Below the pieces are notes generated by a model, which was given only the letters and a program-made list of their open reading frames with translations, was not told where the DNA came from and made no database searches. 32,000 nt of DNA from an uncultured bacterium (GTDB lineage: Bacteria; Margulisbacteria; WOR-1; CAVSGV01): assembly GCA_963699255.1 (NCBI GenBank), contig OY969425.1, positions 60,001 to 92,000 on the forward strand. Direction: 5' to 3'. Position numbers and translations under genes: made by a program. Positions 23,688 to 32,000 of this stretch are shown here, piece by piece; positions within the stretch are counted from its first letter, which is position 1; each line of letters starts with the position of its first letter.

Positions 23688-24425
23688 GTGGTGAACGATA
23701 AGATCCTTGAAGTTGGAGGGGCAGGGATTGACGGAGCGGACGCACAGGTAAAGGCTCTGATGAACAACATAGTTAACTCCGAGACCCCGGGATTCAGGAA
23801 ATCCGATGTTGTTATCAAGTCTTTTCCTACTTATTTGGAAGAAGCCCAGCTAAGATCATCCACGCAAGTGCCGCAAGTTGAAGGCATACATTACGATCAA
23901 ACCCCCGGAACGCTCCTGCGAACGGGAAATAAAACGGATCTTGCTATAGGAGGCGAAGGGTTTTTTGTTATTGACACGCCTTATGGTGAAGGCTACACAA
24001 GAGATGGAAGGTTCACACTGGACCAGAATGGCAAGCTTGTTACGGTTGCAGGCAACTTTCCTGTTGAAGGGATCTCGGGACAGATCATCGTGAATCCCGG
24101 CGACGATATAGAATTTACGGTAGATGGAAAAGTAAGGGTGAATGAGCAGGAACTAAATACGATAAAGGTGGTTAAATTTCCGGATATGTCCGCCTTAACT
24201 CCCATAAACGGATCAACTTTTAAAGCCAGCGATCAGGCGGAAAGGGAGATAAATCAAACGCCGCGCATCGTCAGCGGTTACGTTGAAGCATCTAATACGA
24301 ATCTCATAGAAGAATATATGAATATGATCTATTTATCCAGGGTTTACGAAGTCGATTCGAAGGTGGTTGCCAACAGGGAAGCCATGTTGTCAAAAGCCGT
24401 AGAAATGGGGAAGGCAGCACAATAA
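23688..24425 (+). CDS. flgF: Flagellar basal-body rod protein FlgF
   Basis: I prefer the GTG start at 23688 because AGGAG lies 8 nt upstream. The N-terminal motif is NNIVNSETPGFRK and the C-terminal motif is GYVEASNTNLIEEYMNMI...RVYE. Confidence 0.8.
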   Translation: MVNDKILEVGGAGIDGADAQVKALMNNIVNSETPGFRKSDVVIKSFPTYLEEAQLRSSTQVPQVEGIHYDQTPGTLLRTGNKTDLAIGGEGFFVIDTPYGEGYTRDGRFTLDQNGKLVTVAGNFPVEGISGQIIVNPGDDIEFTVDGKVRVNEQELNTIKVVKFPDMSALTPINGSTFKASDQAEREINQTPRIVSGYVEASNTNLIEEYMNMIYLSRVYEVDSKVVANREAMLSKAVEMGKAAQ

Positions 24426-24529
24426 AAGCGCCTTGAGGGGTGCCAGCGAAGCGCAGGGTCAAGTTGAGAGGCTTTAGCCGCTCAGCGTTCACCCCGCCAA
24501 TTGGGCGGGGTAAAGGAGGTTGAAAGAAT

Positions 24530-25333
24530 ATGTTTGAACCGCTTTATGTCGCCGCTACGGGGATGAATGTTTTTGAAGATGAGATGGTTGATATAACGAA
24601 CAATCTTGCGAATGCCAGCACGGTCGGGTTTAAAAAGGGCAGGGTTGAAAAAGAAAGTCTTTATACTATCGAGAGAACTTTTCAGTCTGAGCTGAGGGAC
24701 CAGATGCTCAAACAGGGGATCGCGCCGTCATTCGGGCCGACGGAGTACGGGAGCGGCGTGCGCGTTGCCGCGGCATCCAAGGATTTTTCGCAGGGCACGA
24801 TCGAGACCACGAACAATGCGCTTGACATAGCGATCCAGGGGAATGGCTTTTTCCAGTTCAGCATGCCCGACGGCACCTTTGCTTATGGAAGAGCGGGCAA
24901 CCTGCATGCCGACAATGAAGGGAATCTGGTCGATCCGAACGGCCGCAAGCTCGAACCCGAGATCGTGCTTCCCGAGGGAACGACAAAAGTGATAATCAAG
25001 CAGGATGGAACGGTACTGGCTTCCGTTAACAATAGCATCGATACTCAGGAGGTCGGACAGATCGCCCTGGTGAAATTCTTCAACCCTGCCGGATTGAAAA
25101 GCATCGGACAGAATATGTTCGTTGAGACAGAAGCTTCCGGAACGCCGACGATCGGGGTCGCCAATCAGGAAGGATTCGGCTCCATAAATCAGTATGCTCT
25201 TGAAAATTCAAATGTTGATGTTATATCCGAGATGATGCGCATGGTCATGCTCCAGAGAGTATTTGATACGGTCTCGAAAGCTGTTCAGAGCTATGACGGC
25301 ATGCTGGCGTCAGTGGACAAGATGAAATCGTAA
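24530..25333 (+). CDS. flgG: Flagellar basal-body rod protein FlgG
   Basis: LYVAATGM...ITNNLANASTVGFKK at the N-terminus and LENSNVDVISEMMRMVMLQRVFD at the C-terminus. AAGGAGG SD is present. Length is 267 aa. Confidence 0.9.
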   Translation: MFEPLYVAATGMNVFEDEMVDITNNLANASTVGFKKGRVEKESLYTIERTFQSELRDQMLKQGIAPSFGPTEYGSGVRVAAASKDFSQGTIETTNNALDIAIQGNGFFQFSMPDGTFAYGRAGNLHADNEGNLVDPNGRKLEPEIVLPEGTTKVIIKQDGTVLASVNNSIDTQEVGQIALVKFFNPAGLKSIGQNMFVETEASGTPTIGVANQEGFGSINQYALENSNVDVISEMMRMVMLQRVFDTVSKAVQSYDGMLASVDKMKS

Positions 25334-25364
25334 TTAGGCCCGGTTTTCTTAGGGAGATTAAAGA

Positions 25365-26087
25365 ATGGCAAAAAAAGTCCTATTATTTATTTTTTTATTG
25401 GCTCTGGCAGGCAGTGCCGGATTTGGAGCTTCTGTTCCCAATGATGTCCCGGGCAGGATGACAAAGGCCATTATCAGCTGTCTCATCGCCAAGGATCCGA
25501 GCTACTCCGGCAGGAAGATCGAAGTGACTTATAAATACGCGGACAAGATATTCAGGGACCTTAAAGCGCGCCAGGGCAAGGTCACTTTTGCGATCGCCGA
25601 ACTATACCCGGATTTCAAGCCGATCGGGAATATCATTGTGCCGGTCCAGGTGATCGTTGATGATGTTCCGAAGGAAAAGATATTCCTTAGAACAAAGGTG
25701 TCCGTTTATGATGGGATCGTTGTCGCTAAAAAGCGTTTAAAGAGAGGGGATATTCTGTCAAGCGCTGAAGCCGGAATGGAAGAAAGGGATGTTGCGGTGC
25801 TGAATCAGGATGTGATCAAGGATGTGAACCTTGTCCTCGGCAGGGAAGTGAAAACATTTGTGACAAGCGGGAATCCTATTTACAGCTGGATGATAAGGGA
25901 AAAACCGTTCGTGAAGAAGAACGAAAAGGTCAAAATCATCGCGGCCTATGAAAATGTCTTTGTGTCGGCTGACGGGATGTCGCTGGAGGACGGCAATATG
26001 GGTTCCGAGGTCAAGGTCAAGAACGCGTCCTCCGGCAAGGAAGTTATAGGCGAGGTTACGGGAACGGGAGAGGTAACAGTTAGATGA
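25365..26087 (+). CDS. flgA: Flagellar P-ring assembly chaperone FlgA
   Basis: It has a signal peptide and a SAF-like region ([13 protein letters not shown]). The C-terminal segment is [41 protein letters not shown]. It is in the position before flgH and flgI. Confidence 0.8.
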   Translation: MAKKVLLFIFLLALAGSAGFGASVPNDVPGRMTKAIISCLIAKDPSYSGRKIEVTYKYADKIFRDLKARQGKVTFAIAELYPDFKPIGNIIVPVQVIVDDVPKEKIFLRTKVSVYDGIVVAKKRLKRGDILSSAEAGMEERDVAVLNQDVIKDVNLVLGREVKTFVTSGNPIYSWMIREKPFVKKNEKVKIIAAYENVFVSADGMSLEDGNMGSEVKVKNASSGKEVIGEVTGTGEVTVR

Positions 26088-26425
26088 TGAGAATAATGCT
26101 GAGATCGAAGCTTCACAGATTGACCGTTACGGAGACGAACATCAATTATGAAGGAAGCATAACAATAGACAAACGCTTGATCAGGAGCGCCGATATTTTG
26201 TCGGGAGAAAGGGTACAGGTCGTAAATATAAATAACGGCGAGAGATTCGAGACTTATGTTATCGAGGGAGGGGATGGTGTCGTGTGTTTGAACGGCGCCG
26301 CTGCGCGTCTCGCGACCCCCGGAGATAAAATAATAGTCATCGCGTATGCGATGGCCGATGAAAACGAGGTTAAAAGCATAAAACCAAAGGTCATATTGGT
26401 CGATGAAAGGAACAGGGCAAAATGA
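26084..26425 (+). CDS. panD: Aspartate 1-decarboxylase (pyruvoyl-dependent) PanD
   Basis: [29 protein letters not shown] aligns position-for-position with E. coli PanD, including the G24/S25 self-processing site. NGAAA is also present. ATGA overlaps occur at both ends. Confidence 0.9.
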   Translation: MMRIMLRSKLHRLTVTETNINYEGSITIDKRLIRSADILSGERVQVVNINNGERFETYVIEGGDGVVCLNGAAARLATPGDKIIVIAYAMADENEVKSIKPKVILVDERNRAK

Positions 26426-27012
26426 GGAATCTTAAGCTCTTAAGCGCGTTGATCCTGGCTGTTGTCATTCTGTCTTATGGTTTTGCTTATGCCGATTCGA
26501 TCTGGGACAAAACCAGCTCTTCACCATATTCTGTCAGCAAGGCATTCAAGGTGGGGGATGTCATAACTGTTTTTGTCCTTGAGTCAACATCGGCGGCGCA
26601 AAAGGCCGGTACCAACACGAATGCGGACGACAGCTTGAGCCTCGCTTTCAGCTCAAACCTTGCCGCCTTTTATCATCCTGGCAAAGCGATCACCGGTTCG
26701 GGCGGGAACACTTATAAAGGACTTGGCGATACTTCCAGGACAAGCAATGTGACCGCAAAGATCGCGGCGGTCGTGGTGAAAGTGCTGCCGAACAGCAATC
26801 TCTTGATCGAGGGGGAACACAAGGTCGCGGTCAATGATGAGGTGCAGACCATAAAGATATCCGGTATGGTACGTCCGATGGATGTAAGCCTGCAGAACAC
26901 GGTTTATTCTTATCAGGTGGCGGGAGCCGATGTCTCAGTTAAAGGGAGCGGGGTTGTCGGGGATGTGGAAAGCCCGGGCGTTGTTAGTCGCTTCCTCAAT
27001 TGGTTGTTCTAA
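26422..27012 (+). CDS. flgH: Flagellar L-ring protein FlgH
   Basis: DSIWD..., GDVITV.V.E and [26 protein letters not shown] are FlgH hallmarks. It has a signal peptide but no cysteine anywhere. Confidence 0.85.
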   Translation: MRNLKLLSALILAVVILSYGFAYADSIWDKTSSSPYSVSKAFKVGDVITVFVLESTSAAQKAGTNTNADDSLSLAFSSNLAAFYHPGKAITGSGGNTYKGLGDTSRTSNVTAKIAAVVVKVLPNSNLLIEGEHKVAVNDEVQTIKISGMVRPMDVSLQNTVYSYQVAGADVSVKGSGVVGDVESPGVVSRFLNWLF

Positions 27013-27013
27013 A

Positions 27014-28081
27014 ATGAAGAGCTGTAAAATTAATGCGCAAAAGTCAATATCGCCTGCCTGCCGGCAGGCACGGCGATCCATAAGCCGGAGCTTATTTTTC
27101 GTGCTTTTCACTTTCGCGTTTTTCTTTTTGGCTTTTGGTCTTGCCTTTGCGGCGTCGCCTGCCGTGAGGATGAAAGATATAGCGCATGTGCTTGAAGCCA
27201 GGGACAATCAGCTGATGGGATTCGGGCTTGTTGCGGGGCTGAAGAACAGCGGAGATTCCTTTCAAACGCAATTCACGAAACAGGCGCTTACCAACCTTCT
27301 TTCCAGGATGGGGATCGCTCCTCAAGACAAAGAATTCAGGTCAAAAAATGTCGCCTCGGTCATGGTGACGGCAAAACTACCTCCTTATTCACCGGTCGGA
27401 CAAAAAATTGACGTTGTTGTTTCTTCTCTGGGAGATGCAACAAGCCTTCAGGGAGGGACCCTTCTTATGACGCCGCTGATGGGTGCGGATGACGATGTGT
27501 ATGCCGTTGCTCAGGGGCCGATCGCAGTGGGTTTTTCAGGCATGGAAGGCTCTGATGTAACGCCGGCTGAGAAAAGACAAACGGACGTCGGCAGGATCGT
27601 GAACGGAGCGATAGTGGAGCGTGAAGTCCCGGTTTCTATTGATCAGAACTATGTAACTGTTGTGATCGACAAGCCTGATTATACGACCGCGTCGCGGATC
27701 GTTAGCGCTATGAGGCAGGCTGGAATAAGCGCGAGGGCAAGAGATGCCGCCACAATAATAGCTTCAAAGGAAGCAAGTCAGGACATGGTCGATTATATTT
27801 CCACGATCGGAAATTTGACCATAGTGCCTGATGCGGTCGCCCGCATAGTGATTAACGAGATAACGGGAGTGGTGGTCATGGGAGAGAACGTGAAGATCGC
27901 GCCGGTTGCGGTGTCATATGGGGATGTGAACGTGACCGTATCGTCCGGAACGGCTGAAGCAACGCTTTCCGATATAGTCTCAGCCTTGAATGCGGTCGGG
28001 ATCAAGCCAAAGGACCTGGTGGCGATCATTCACGCGATCAAATCATCCGGAGCGATCTCGGCTGATGTAGAGGTGATGTAA
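27014..28081 (+). CDS. flgI: Flagellar P-ring protein FlgI
   Basis: I prefer ATG 27014, just after the flgH stop. A signal peptide ending AFA precedes RMKDIAHVLEARDNQLMGFGLVAGL. LQGGTLLMTPL is also present. Confidence 0.85.
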   Translation: MKSCKINAQKSISPACRQARRSISRSLFFVLFTFAFFFLAFGLAFAASPAVRMKDIAHVLEARDNQLMGFGLVAGLKNSGDSFQTQFTKQALTNLLSRMGIAPQDKEFRSKNVASVMVTAKLPPYSPVGQKIDVVVSSLGDATSLQGGTLLMTPLMGADDDVYAVAQGPIAVGFSGMEGSDVTPAEKRQTDVGRIVNGAIVEREVPVSIDQNYVTVVIDKPDYTTASRIVSAMRQAGISARARDAATIIASKEASQDMVDYISTIGNLTIVPDAVARIVINEITGVVVMGENVKIAPVAVSYGDVNVTVSSGTAEATLSDIVSALNAVGIKPKDLVAIIHAIKSSGAISADVEVM

Positions 28082-28369
28082 GTGGATTCATATATAACAG
28101 GCATTGATCCTTTGTATGCGATCGGCTCGAACATCAATTTGAACAGGGTCAATACAAAGGCTGATGCGGGGCGCGAATTTGTTTCCATCTTTGTATCGCA
28201 GATATTAAAAGAGGTATTCAATAACCAGAGCGCCATGTTCGGGAAAGAAGGAACGCTTGGGGCTTTCTCGGACAACCTATACAATGATATCCTTGTGGCA
28301 AAGATCTCCAGTGAGATCGCTAAGACCAAATCGTTCGGATTTGATAAACTGATCGCGGGCATAAAATAA
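28082..28369 (+). CDS. Rod-binding protein (FlgJ N-terminal-domain-like, no muramidase domain)
   Basis: It is 95 aa with a GTG start directly after flgI. EFVSIFVSQILKEVF is typical of the Rod-binding family. Confidence 0.65.
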   Translation: MDSYITGIDPLYAIGSNINLNRVNTKADAGREFVSIFVSQILKEVFNNQSAMFGKEGTLGAFSDNLYNDILVAKISSEIAKTKSFGFDKLIAGIK

Positions 28370-29106
28370 TGGCAATTAAAAAGAAAGCCGCCAACACCGT
28401 GGCACAGAAACAGGAAGATATGCCGATCAAAATGGCTGAGATGTACATGCCTCTTGTCCATTCGATCGCTTCGGTTGTCTCAAATAAAGGGCTTCCCCCA
28501 AGCATTGATTACAATGATCTGGTCGCGGACGGGACCGTAGGGCTGATGAAGGCATGGAAGAGTTTTGACCCGGGCCGCGGGGTTAAATTCGAGACATATG
28601 CTTCATACAGGATAAGGGGGGAGATACTGGACGGATTGAAGAATTACAACCCCGTGCCTTACAGGGTGCAGGTAATGATAAGAGATGTCGCAAAAAGAGG
28701 CTACTCAGCGATAACCGGCAAGAAGAAACTGGAGGAAGAAGAGAGTTACGAAAAAAAAGAAATATCCGAAGAGGAATTCAAGAACGCCATAACCAAAATA
28801 AGAAAGATCGTATCCGCTTCAGCGCTCATGTATTTGATGTCGCTCGAATCCGCCCAGGAAGCCGGCGTTGAGATCAACGTGTCATCAGAAAAAACACCTG
28901 CGGAAGAAGTTGAATTCGCCGAGCTAAGAGCGAGGCTTAAAAATTCCTTGATGGAACTTCCGGACCTTGAGCAAAAAGTCATTGACCTGTTCTTTAACCG
29001 CGACATGAGCCAGAAGGATATTGCGTCAAAAATGAAGCTATCAAGGAGCAAGGTGAACAGGATCATCGGAAGGACCGTGGTCTTCCTGAGGGAGAAGCTG
29101 AAATAA
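28369..29106 (+). CDS. fliA: Flagellar sigma factor FliA (sigma-28 family)
   Basis: Region 2 reads DLVADGTVGLMKAWKSFDPGRGVKFETYASYRIRGEILD. The region 4 HTH reads MSQKDIASKMKLSRSKVNRI. TAATG overlaps occur at both ends. Confidence 0.85.
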   Translation: MAIKKKAANTVAQKQEDMPIKMAEMYMPLVHSIASVVSNKGLPPSIDYNDLVADGTVGLMKAWKSFDPGRGVKFETYASYRIRGEILDGLKNYNPVPYRVQVMIRDVAKRGYSAITGKKKLEEEESYEKKEISEEEFKNAITKIRKIVSASALMYLMSLESAQEAGVEINVSSEKTPAEEVEFAELRARLKNSLMELPDLEQKVIDLFFNRDMSQKDIASKMKLSRSKVNRIIGRTVVFLREKLK

Positions 29107-29402
29107 TGGCGATGGAAATCTTTGATGATACATTTGTAAGATTACAGCAGAGCATTAACAAGGCGACGATGAAGCAGTCTGTTATCGCGCAGAACATTGC
29201 CAACGTCAATAATCCCAGCTATGAAGCCCTTGAATTTAACGATGTGTTGAATAAGGCCGTGAAAAGGGCGAACAAAAAGGTGGTCCTTGAAGAGGAAATG
29301 GCTGACCTATCGAAGAATTCGCTTGAACACTCAGCTTACGTGAAACTTCTCACGTTAAAAATGAGCGTCCTGCACACAGTGACAACTCAAGGGAAGAAGT
29401 AA
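29106..29402 (+). CDS. flgB: Flagellar basal-body rod protein FlgB (short)
   Basis: The QNIANVNNPSYE motif is present. It sits directly before flgC. Confidence 0.75.
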   Translation: MAMEIFDDTFVRLQQSINKATMKQSVIAQNIANVNNPSYEALEFNDVLNKAVKRANKKVVLEEEMADLSKNSLEHSAYVKLLTLKMSVLHTVTTQGKK

Positions 29403-29430
29403 ATGCACAGCAACAGGGAGGCGATGCATA

Positions 29431-29859
29431 ATGGGGCTTGATCAGGCGTTAGATATAAGCGTTTCCGCAATAAACACGAACCGGATCTATATGGAGATGA
29501 TTTCAAGCAATTTAGCGAACATTAACACGACAAGGACGGCGCAGGGCGGCCCATACAGGAGAAAGATCCCTGTATTGAGCGAAAAGCCGCTTCAGTTTTC
29601 GGAGTCGTTATCTGCCGCAGAACAAAAGCTATCCGGCGGCATTGAAATTAAAGAAATAGTTGAAGACCCGACCCCTTTTCAAAAAGTGTTCAATCCGGGA
29701 CATCCTGACGCGGACAAAGAAGGGTTCGTCTCGCTTCCAAACGTGTCCCTGGCAAAAGAAATGGTTGACATGGTTTATGTGGAAAAGGTTTATGAGGCGA
29801 ATATAACCGCATTTGAAACGACAAAAAGCATGGCAAAGGAAACCATATCTATACAATGA
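29431..29859 (+). CDS. flgC: Flagellar basal-body rod protein FlgC
   Basis: ISSNLANINTTRT...GPYRRK at the N-terminus and NVSLAKEMVDMVYVEKVYEANI at the C-terminus. Confidence 0.9.
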   Translation: MGLDQALDISVSAINTNRIYMEMISSNLANINTTRTAQGGPYRRKIPVLSEKPLQFSESLSAAEQKLSGGIEIKEIVEDPTPFQKVFNPGHPDADKEGFVSLPNVSLAKEMVDMVYVEKVYEANITAFETTKSMAKETISIQ

Positions 29860-29877
29860 ACAAGGAGGGGATGAGTA

Positions 29878-30204
29878 ATGGTTAATTCACCTATAACTCC
29901 TATATCTTTAGCGCAGGTTGCAGGTCCCGCGACCGTGCCGACGGTAACGGCAACCCCCGGGGGGCCGGCTCAGACGGAAAACATCTTTGACCAGGTGCTC
30001 GGACGCGCCGTTGATGCTTTAAATAGCGTTTCAGATTCGGAAATAAACGCGAACAAACTTATCGACCAATATCTTGCAGGAAAGGTGGAACTCTCCGACG
30101 TTATGGTCGCGACTTCGAAGATGACGATCGCTGTTCAGCTTGCGGTTACGACCATAACATCGGCGGTAAGTACTTTTAACCAGATAACCTCAATGGCTAT
30201 TTAG
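29878..30204 (+). CDS. fliE: Flagellar hook-basal body complex protein FliE
   Basis: The C-terminal segment is LSDVMVATSKMTIAVQLAVTTITSAVSTFNQITSM. AAGGAGGGG SD is present. It lies between flgC and fliF. Confidence 0.85.
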   Translation: MVNSPITPISLAQVAGPATVPTVTATPGGPAQTENIFDQVLGRAVDALNSVSDSEINANKLIDQYLAGKVELSDVMVATSKMTIAVQLAVTTITSAVSTFNQITSMAI

Positions 30205-30239
30205 TGTAATGAAGTCGCATATATGAGAAGGATGGCACA

Positions 30240-31673
30240 ATGGCAGAAGATGTAACACCCGCTTCGGGGGGCAGGCAGGTAATAATAATCGCAACTGTAA
30301 TAGCAGTTGTTTTTTTTACAATTTTTATTTTTGGGTTGAGATCCTGTTCAACATCGCCCGATCAAGGGGCCGGAAAACCCAAACTTCCCTCCCAGGTGGT
30401 CATTTATTCAAACCTGGACCTGAAGGATTCAGCGCTGGTAATAACAAGGCTCAAGGAGCTGAAAATCCCCTATGAGATAAGGGATGAAGGCCATTCAATA
30501 GCCGTTCCAAGAGGCCGGGCCGATGATGCGCGGCTCGGGCTTGCGGAAAAAAATCTTCCCGCAGGCGGGACCATTGGATGGGAGATATTTGACCAGGCCA
30601 GACTTGGTGCGACCGACTTCGACAGGCGTATCCAGTTCATCCGCGCGATATCAGGAGAGCTTTCAAGGACAATAAACCGGATAAGCGCCGTTGAGGACGC
30701 AAGGGTCCAGATCGTGATACCCGAGACCAGTATGTTCCAGGCTACAACATCCCCTGTCACCGGGTCCGTTCTTCTAAAGTTAAAACCTGGAGAGATATTG
30801 ACCAAGGGGCAGGTTAACGCCATCGTGCATCTTGTCGCGGGGAGCGTTGAGAATTTAAAGCCTGAAAATATAACCATAATAGACACGAACGGAACTATAT
30901 TAACCGGAGGCGGCGCGGCAAATGAAAACATTGCGGCGAATGAAAATGTCGCGGCGACTGAAAATGTAACAGAAAACGTTCCTGCCGCTCCGGCAGAAAC
31001 GGCGGCCACGCCAAAAGTTGAGGAAAATGCAGAAGTTGTTGTGGCAAAGGAAGAGGAAAAGGCAGCTCTGGGGATCCAGGCAAAGCTTGACCTTGAAAAT
31101 TCATTGACAAGCAAGGTTCAGTCCCTGCTCAATAAGATTTTTCCTCCAAATATCGCGATCGCCAGGGTCAATGTCGATTCGATAAAAACAAGAAAGACCA
31201 CGGTCCTTATCCTGGTAGATAAGTCCTTTAAAATGAACCCCTCCATAAAAAAATCCGCATTTGAGACCGTTTCAGCGGCGGTGGGTTATGACAGAGGCAG
31301 GGGTGACAAAATAATCATGAAGAGCGTTCCTTTTCGCGTGGGAGGGCCTGTACAGGCTCAAGCTCTGGGAGAGAAAAAGCTGGAATTATTTACTTTGGCT
31401 ACTCTTAAAACGATATACCGGAAGTATGGCAGGGAATCTGCGATCGCGATCACCGTGCTTTTTGTGCTGGTCCTGTTCTCAATGTTCAGATCATTAGGAA
31501 AGGGTAAAGGGGGGCGTACTGTTGAGGAGGCTCCCGAAGAAGCGCCCGCCATAGAAGAAGAGCAACAAGAGGAAGGGATCCCTATAGTTGATCAGATGAA
31601 AGAGCTGGCGTCGAGAAATCCGGAACTTGTGGCGCAACTAATTAAATCGTGGGTTGAGGAGGAGGGGGCTTAG
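30240..31673 (+). CDS. fliF: Flagellar MS-ring protein FliF (short form, 477 aa)
   Basis: It has an N-terminal TM and the YscJ/FliF-type region LGLAEKNLPAGG..GWEIFD...LGATDF..RI.FIRAISGELSRTI. A C-terminal TM and an acidic tail ending LIKSWVEEE are present. Confidence 0.85.
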   Translation: MAEDVTPASGGRQVIIIATVIAVVFFTIFIFGLRSCSTSPDQGAGKPKLPSQVVIYSNLDLKDSALVITRLKELKIPYEIRDEGHSIAVPRGRADDARLGLAEKNLPAGGTIGWEIFDQARLGATDFDRRIQFIRAISGELSRTINRISAVEDARVQIVIPETSMFQATTSPVTGSVLLKLKPGEILTKGQVNAIVHLVAGSVENLKPENITIIDTNGTILTGGGAANENIAANENVAATENVTENVPAAPAETAATPKVEENAEVVVAKEEEKAALGIQAKLDLENSLTSKVQSLLNKIFPPNIAIARVNVDSIKTRKTTVLILVDKSFKMNPSIKKSAFETVSAAVGYDRGRGDKIIMKSVPFRVGGPVQAQALGEKKLELFTLATLKTIYRKYGRESAIAITVLFVLVLFSMFRSLGKGKGGRTVEEAPEEAPAIEEEQQEEGIPIVDQMKELASRNPELVAQLIKSWVEEEGA

Positions 31674-32000
31674 TGTTAAAAGGGCGCGAAAGAGCTGCTG
31701 CTGTCCTGTCGCTTCTGGGAGATGAACTTTCTCAGAAGATTCTTAAGTTATCTTCCCGAAAATGACGCTGTCGCAATAATATCCGCCTCCGAACAGTTAA
31801 AGACCCCTACAAAGCAAGTGTTGCTGGATGTCGTTTCTGAATTTAATGATTACATGGTGAATGCCCAGAAAGCGCCTGTCGAGGCGGTTAAAGAAGAAGG
31901 AATAAGCGAGGCACAGCCTGTCCCCTCTGCTCAACAGGGGACCCCGCTTGATATCATTTCCAGAGCTTCTGCTCAATCTTTGGCTAAAGCGCTTGAACCT
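31673..32000 (+). CDS. fliG: Flagellar motor switch protein FliG, N-terminal part, with an apparent +1 frameshift near 31748-31750; continues beyond the window
   Basis: GTG 31673 overlaps the fliF TAG and gives VLKGRERAAAVLSLLGDELSQKILK, then hits TGA at 31763-31765. The frame starting at 31749 continues as YLPENDAVAIISASEQLKTPTKQVLLDVVSEFNDYMV... Both parts match the FliG N-terminal domain pattern. Confidence 0.7.

Noticed and set aside
26930-27013. N-terminal extensions suggested by the ORF track: flgI from 26930, fliK from 21903, flgF from 23571, and the YVTN lipoprotein from 12351.
   Set aside because: The extensions overlap upstream genes or promoters and lack SDs. Downstream starts at 27014, 21972, 23688 and 12396 have good SDs and give canonical N-termini: a signal peptide, a lipobox, or the rod-protein N-terminal motif.

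Overview
By eye this window is about 50% GC and compactly coded. It comes from a flagellated diderm bacterium, since FlgH and FlgI (L and P rings) are present. No rRNA or tRNA is present to place the lineage. No CRISPR array, transposase or phage genes were seen.

Layout:
- 1-4631: housekeeping genes on the + strand. They are a 3' gene fragment, an M20 peptidase, a Nudix hydrolase, xerD, an M50 site-2 protease and folC.
- ~4632-8320: a visibly AT-richer accessory stretch wedged between the convergent folate genes folC and pabB. It holds a small basic ORF, an orphan P-loop NTPase with a C-terminal zinc ribbon, a SAM methyltransferase, about 660 bp of repeat-rich non-coding DNA, and a DUF5678-like/retropepsin-like gene pair whose protease frame carries an in-frame TAG.
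- 8277-12290: pabB, a second repeat-rich non-coding stretch of about 590 bp, and three uncharacterised genes.
- 12396-15696: an envelope/glycosylation set (YVTN beta-propeller lipoprotein, GT2, GT39-like).
- 15818-20848: SPOR protein, mreB, mreC, mreD and PBP2.
- 20973-21755: rplY.
- 21972 to the window end: a tightly coupled flagellar operon of about 10 kb. The order is fliK, FlhB-C-terminal-like gene, flgF, flgG, flgA, panD, flgH, flgI, rod-binding protein gene, fliA, flgB, flgC, fliE, fliF, fliG.

Most interesting observations:
- A structured non-coding element of about 270-320 nt occurs twice, flanking the retropepsin cassette and pabB. A miniature copy keeps only the element plus the last 30 nt of the cassette.
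- The orphan NTPase/zinc-ribbon gene sits in a low-GC island.
- A near-perfect 107-bp tandem duplication re-copies the xerD 3' end.
- Two intergenic inverted arrays are built from AATGA/ATTGT repeats with a 7-8 nt period.
- panD is translationally coupled inside the flagellar ring operon.
- fliG has an apparent +1 frameshift.

All family assignments rest on motif recognition by eye and need HMM or BLAST confirmation.
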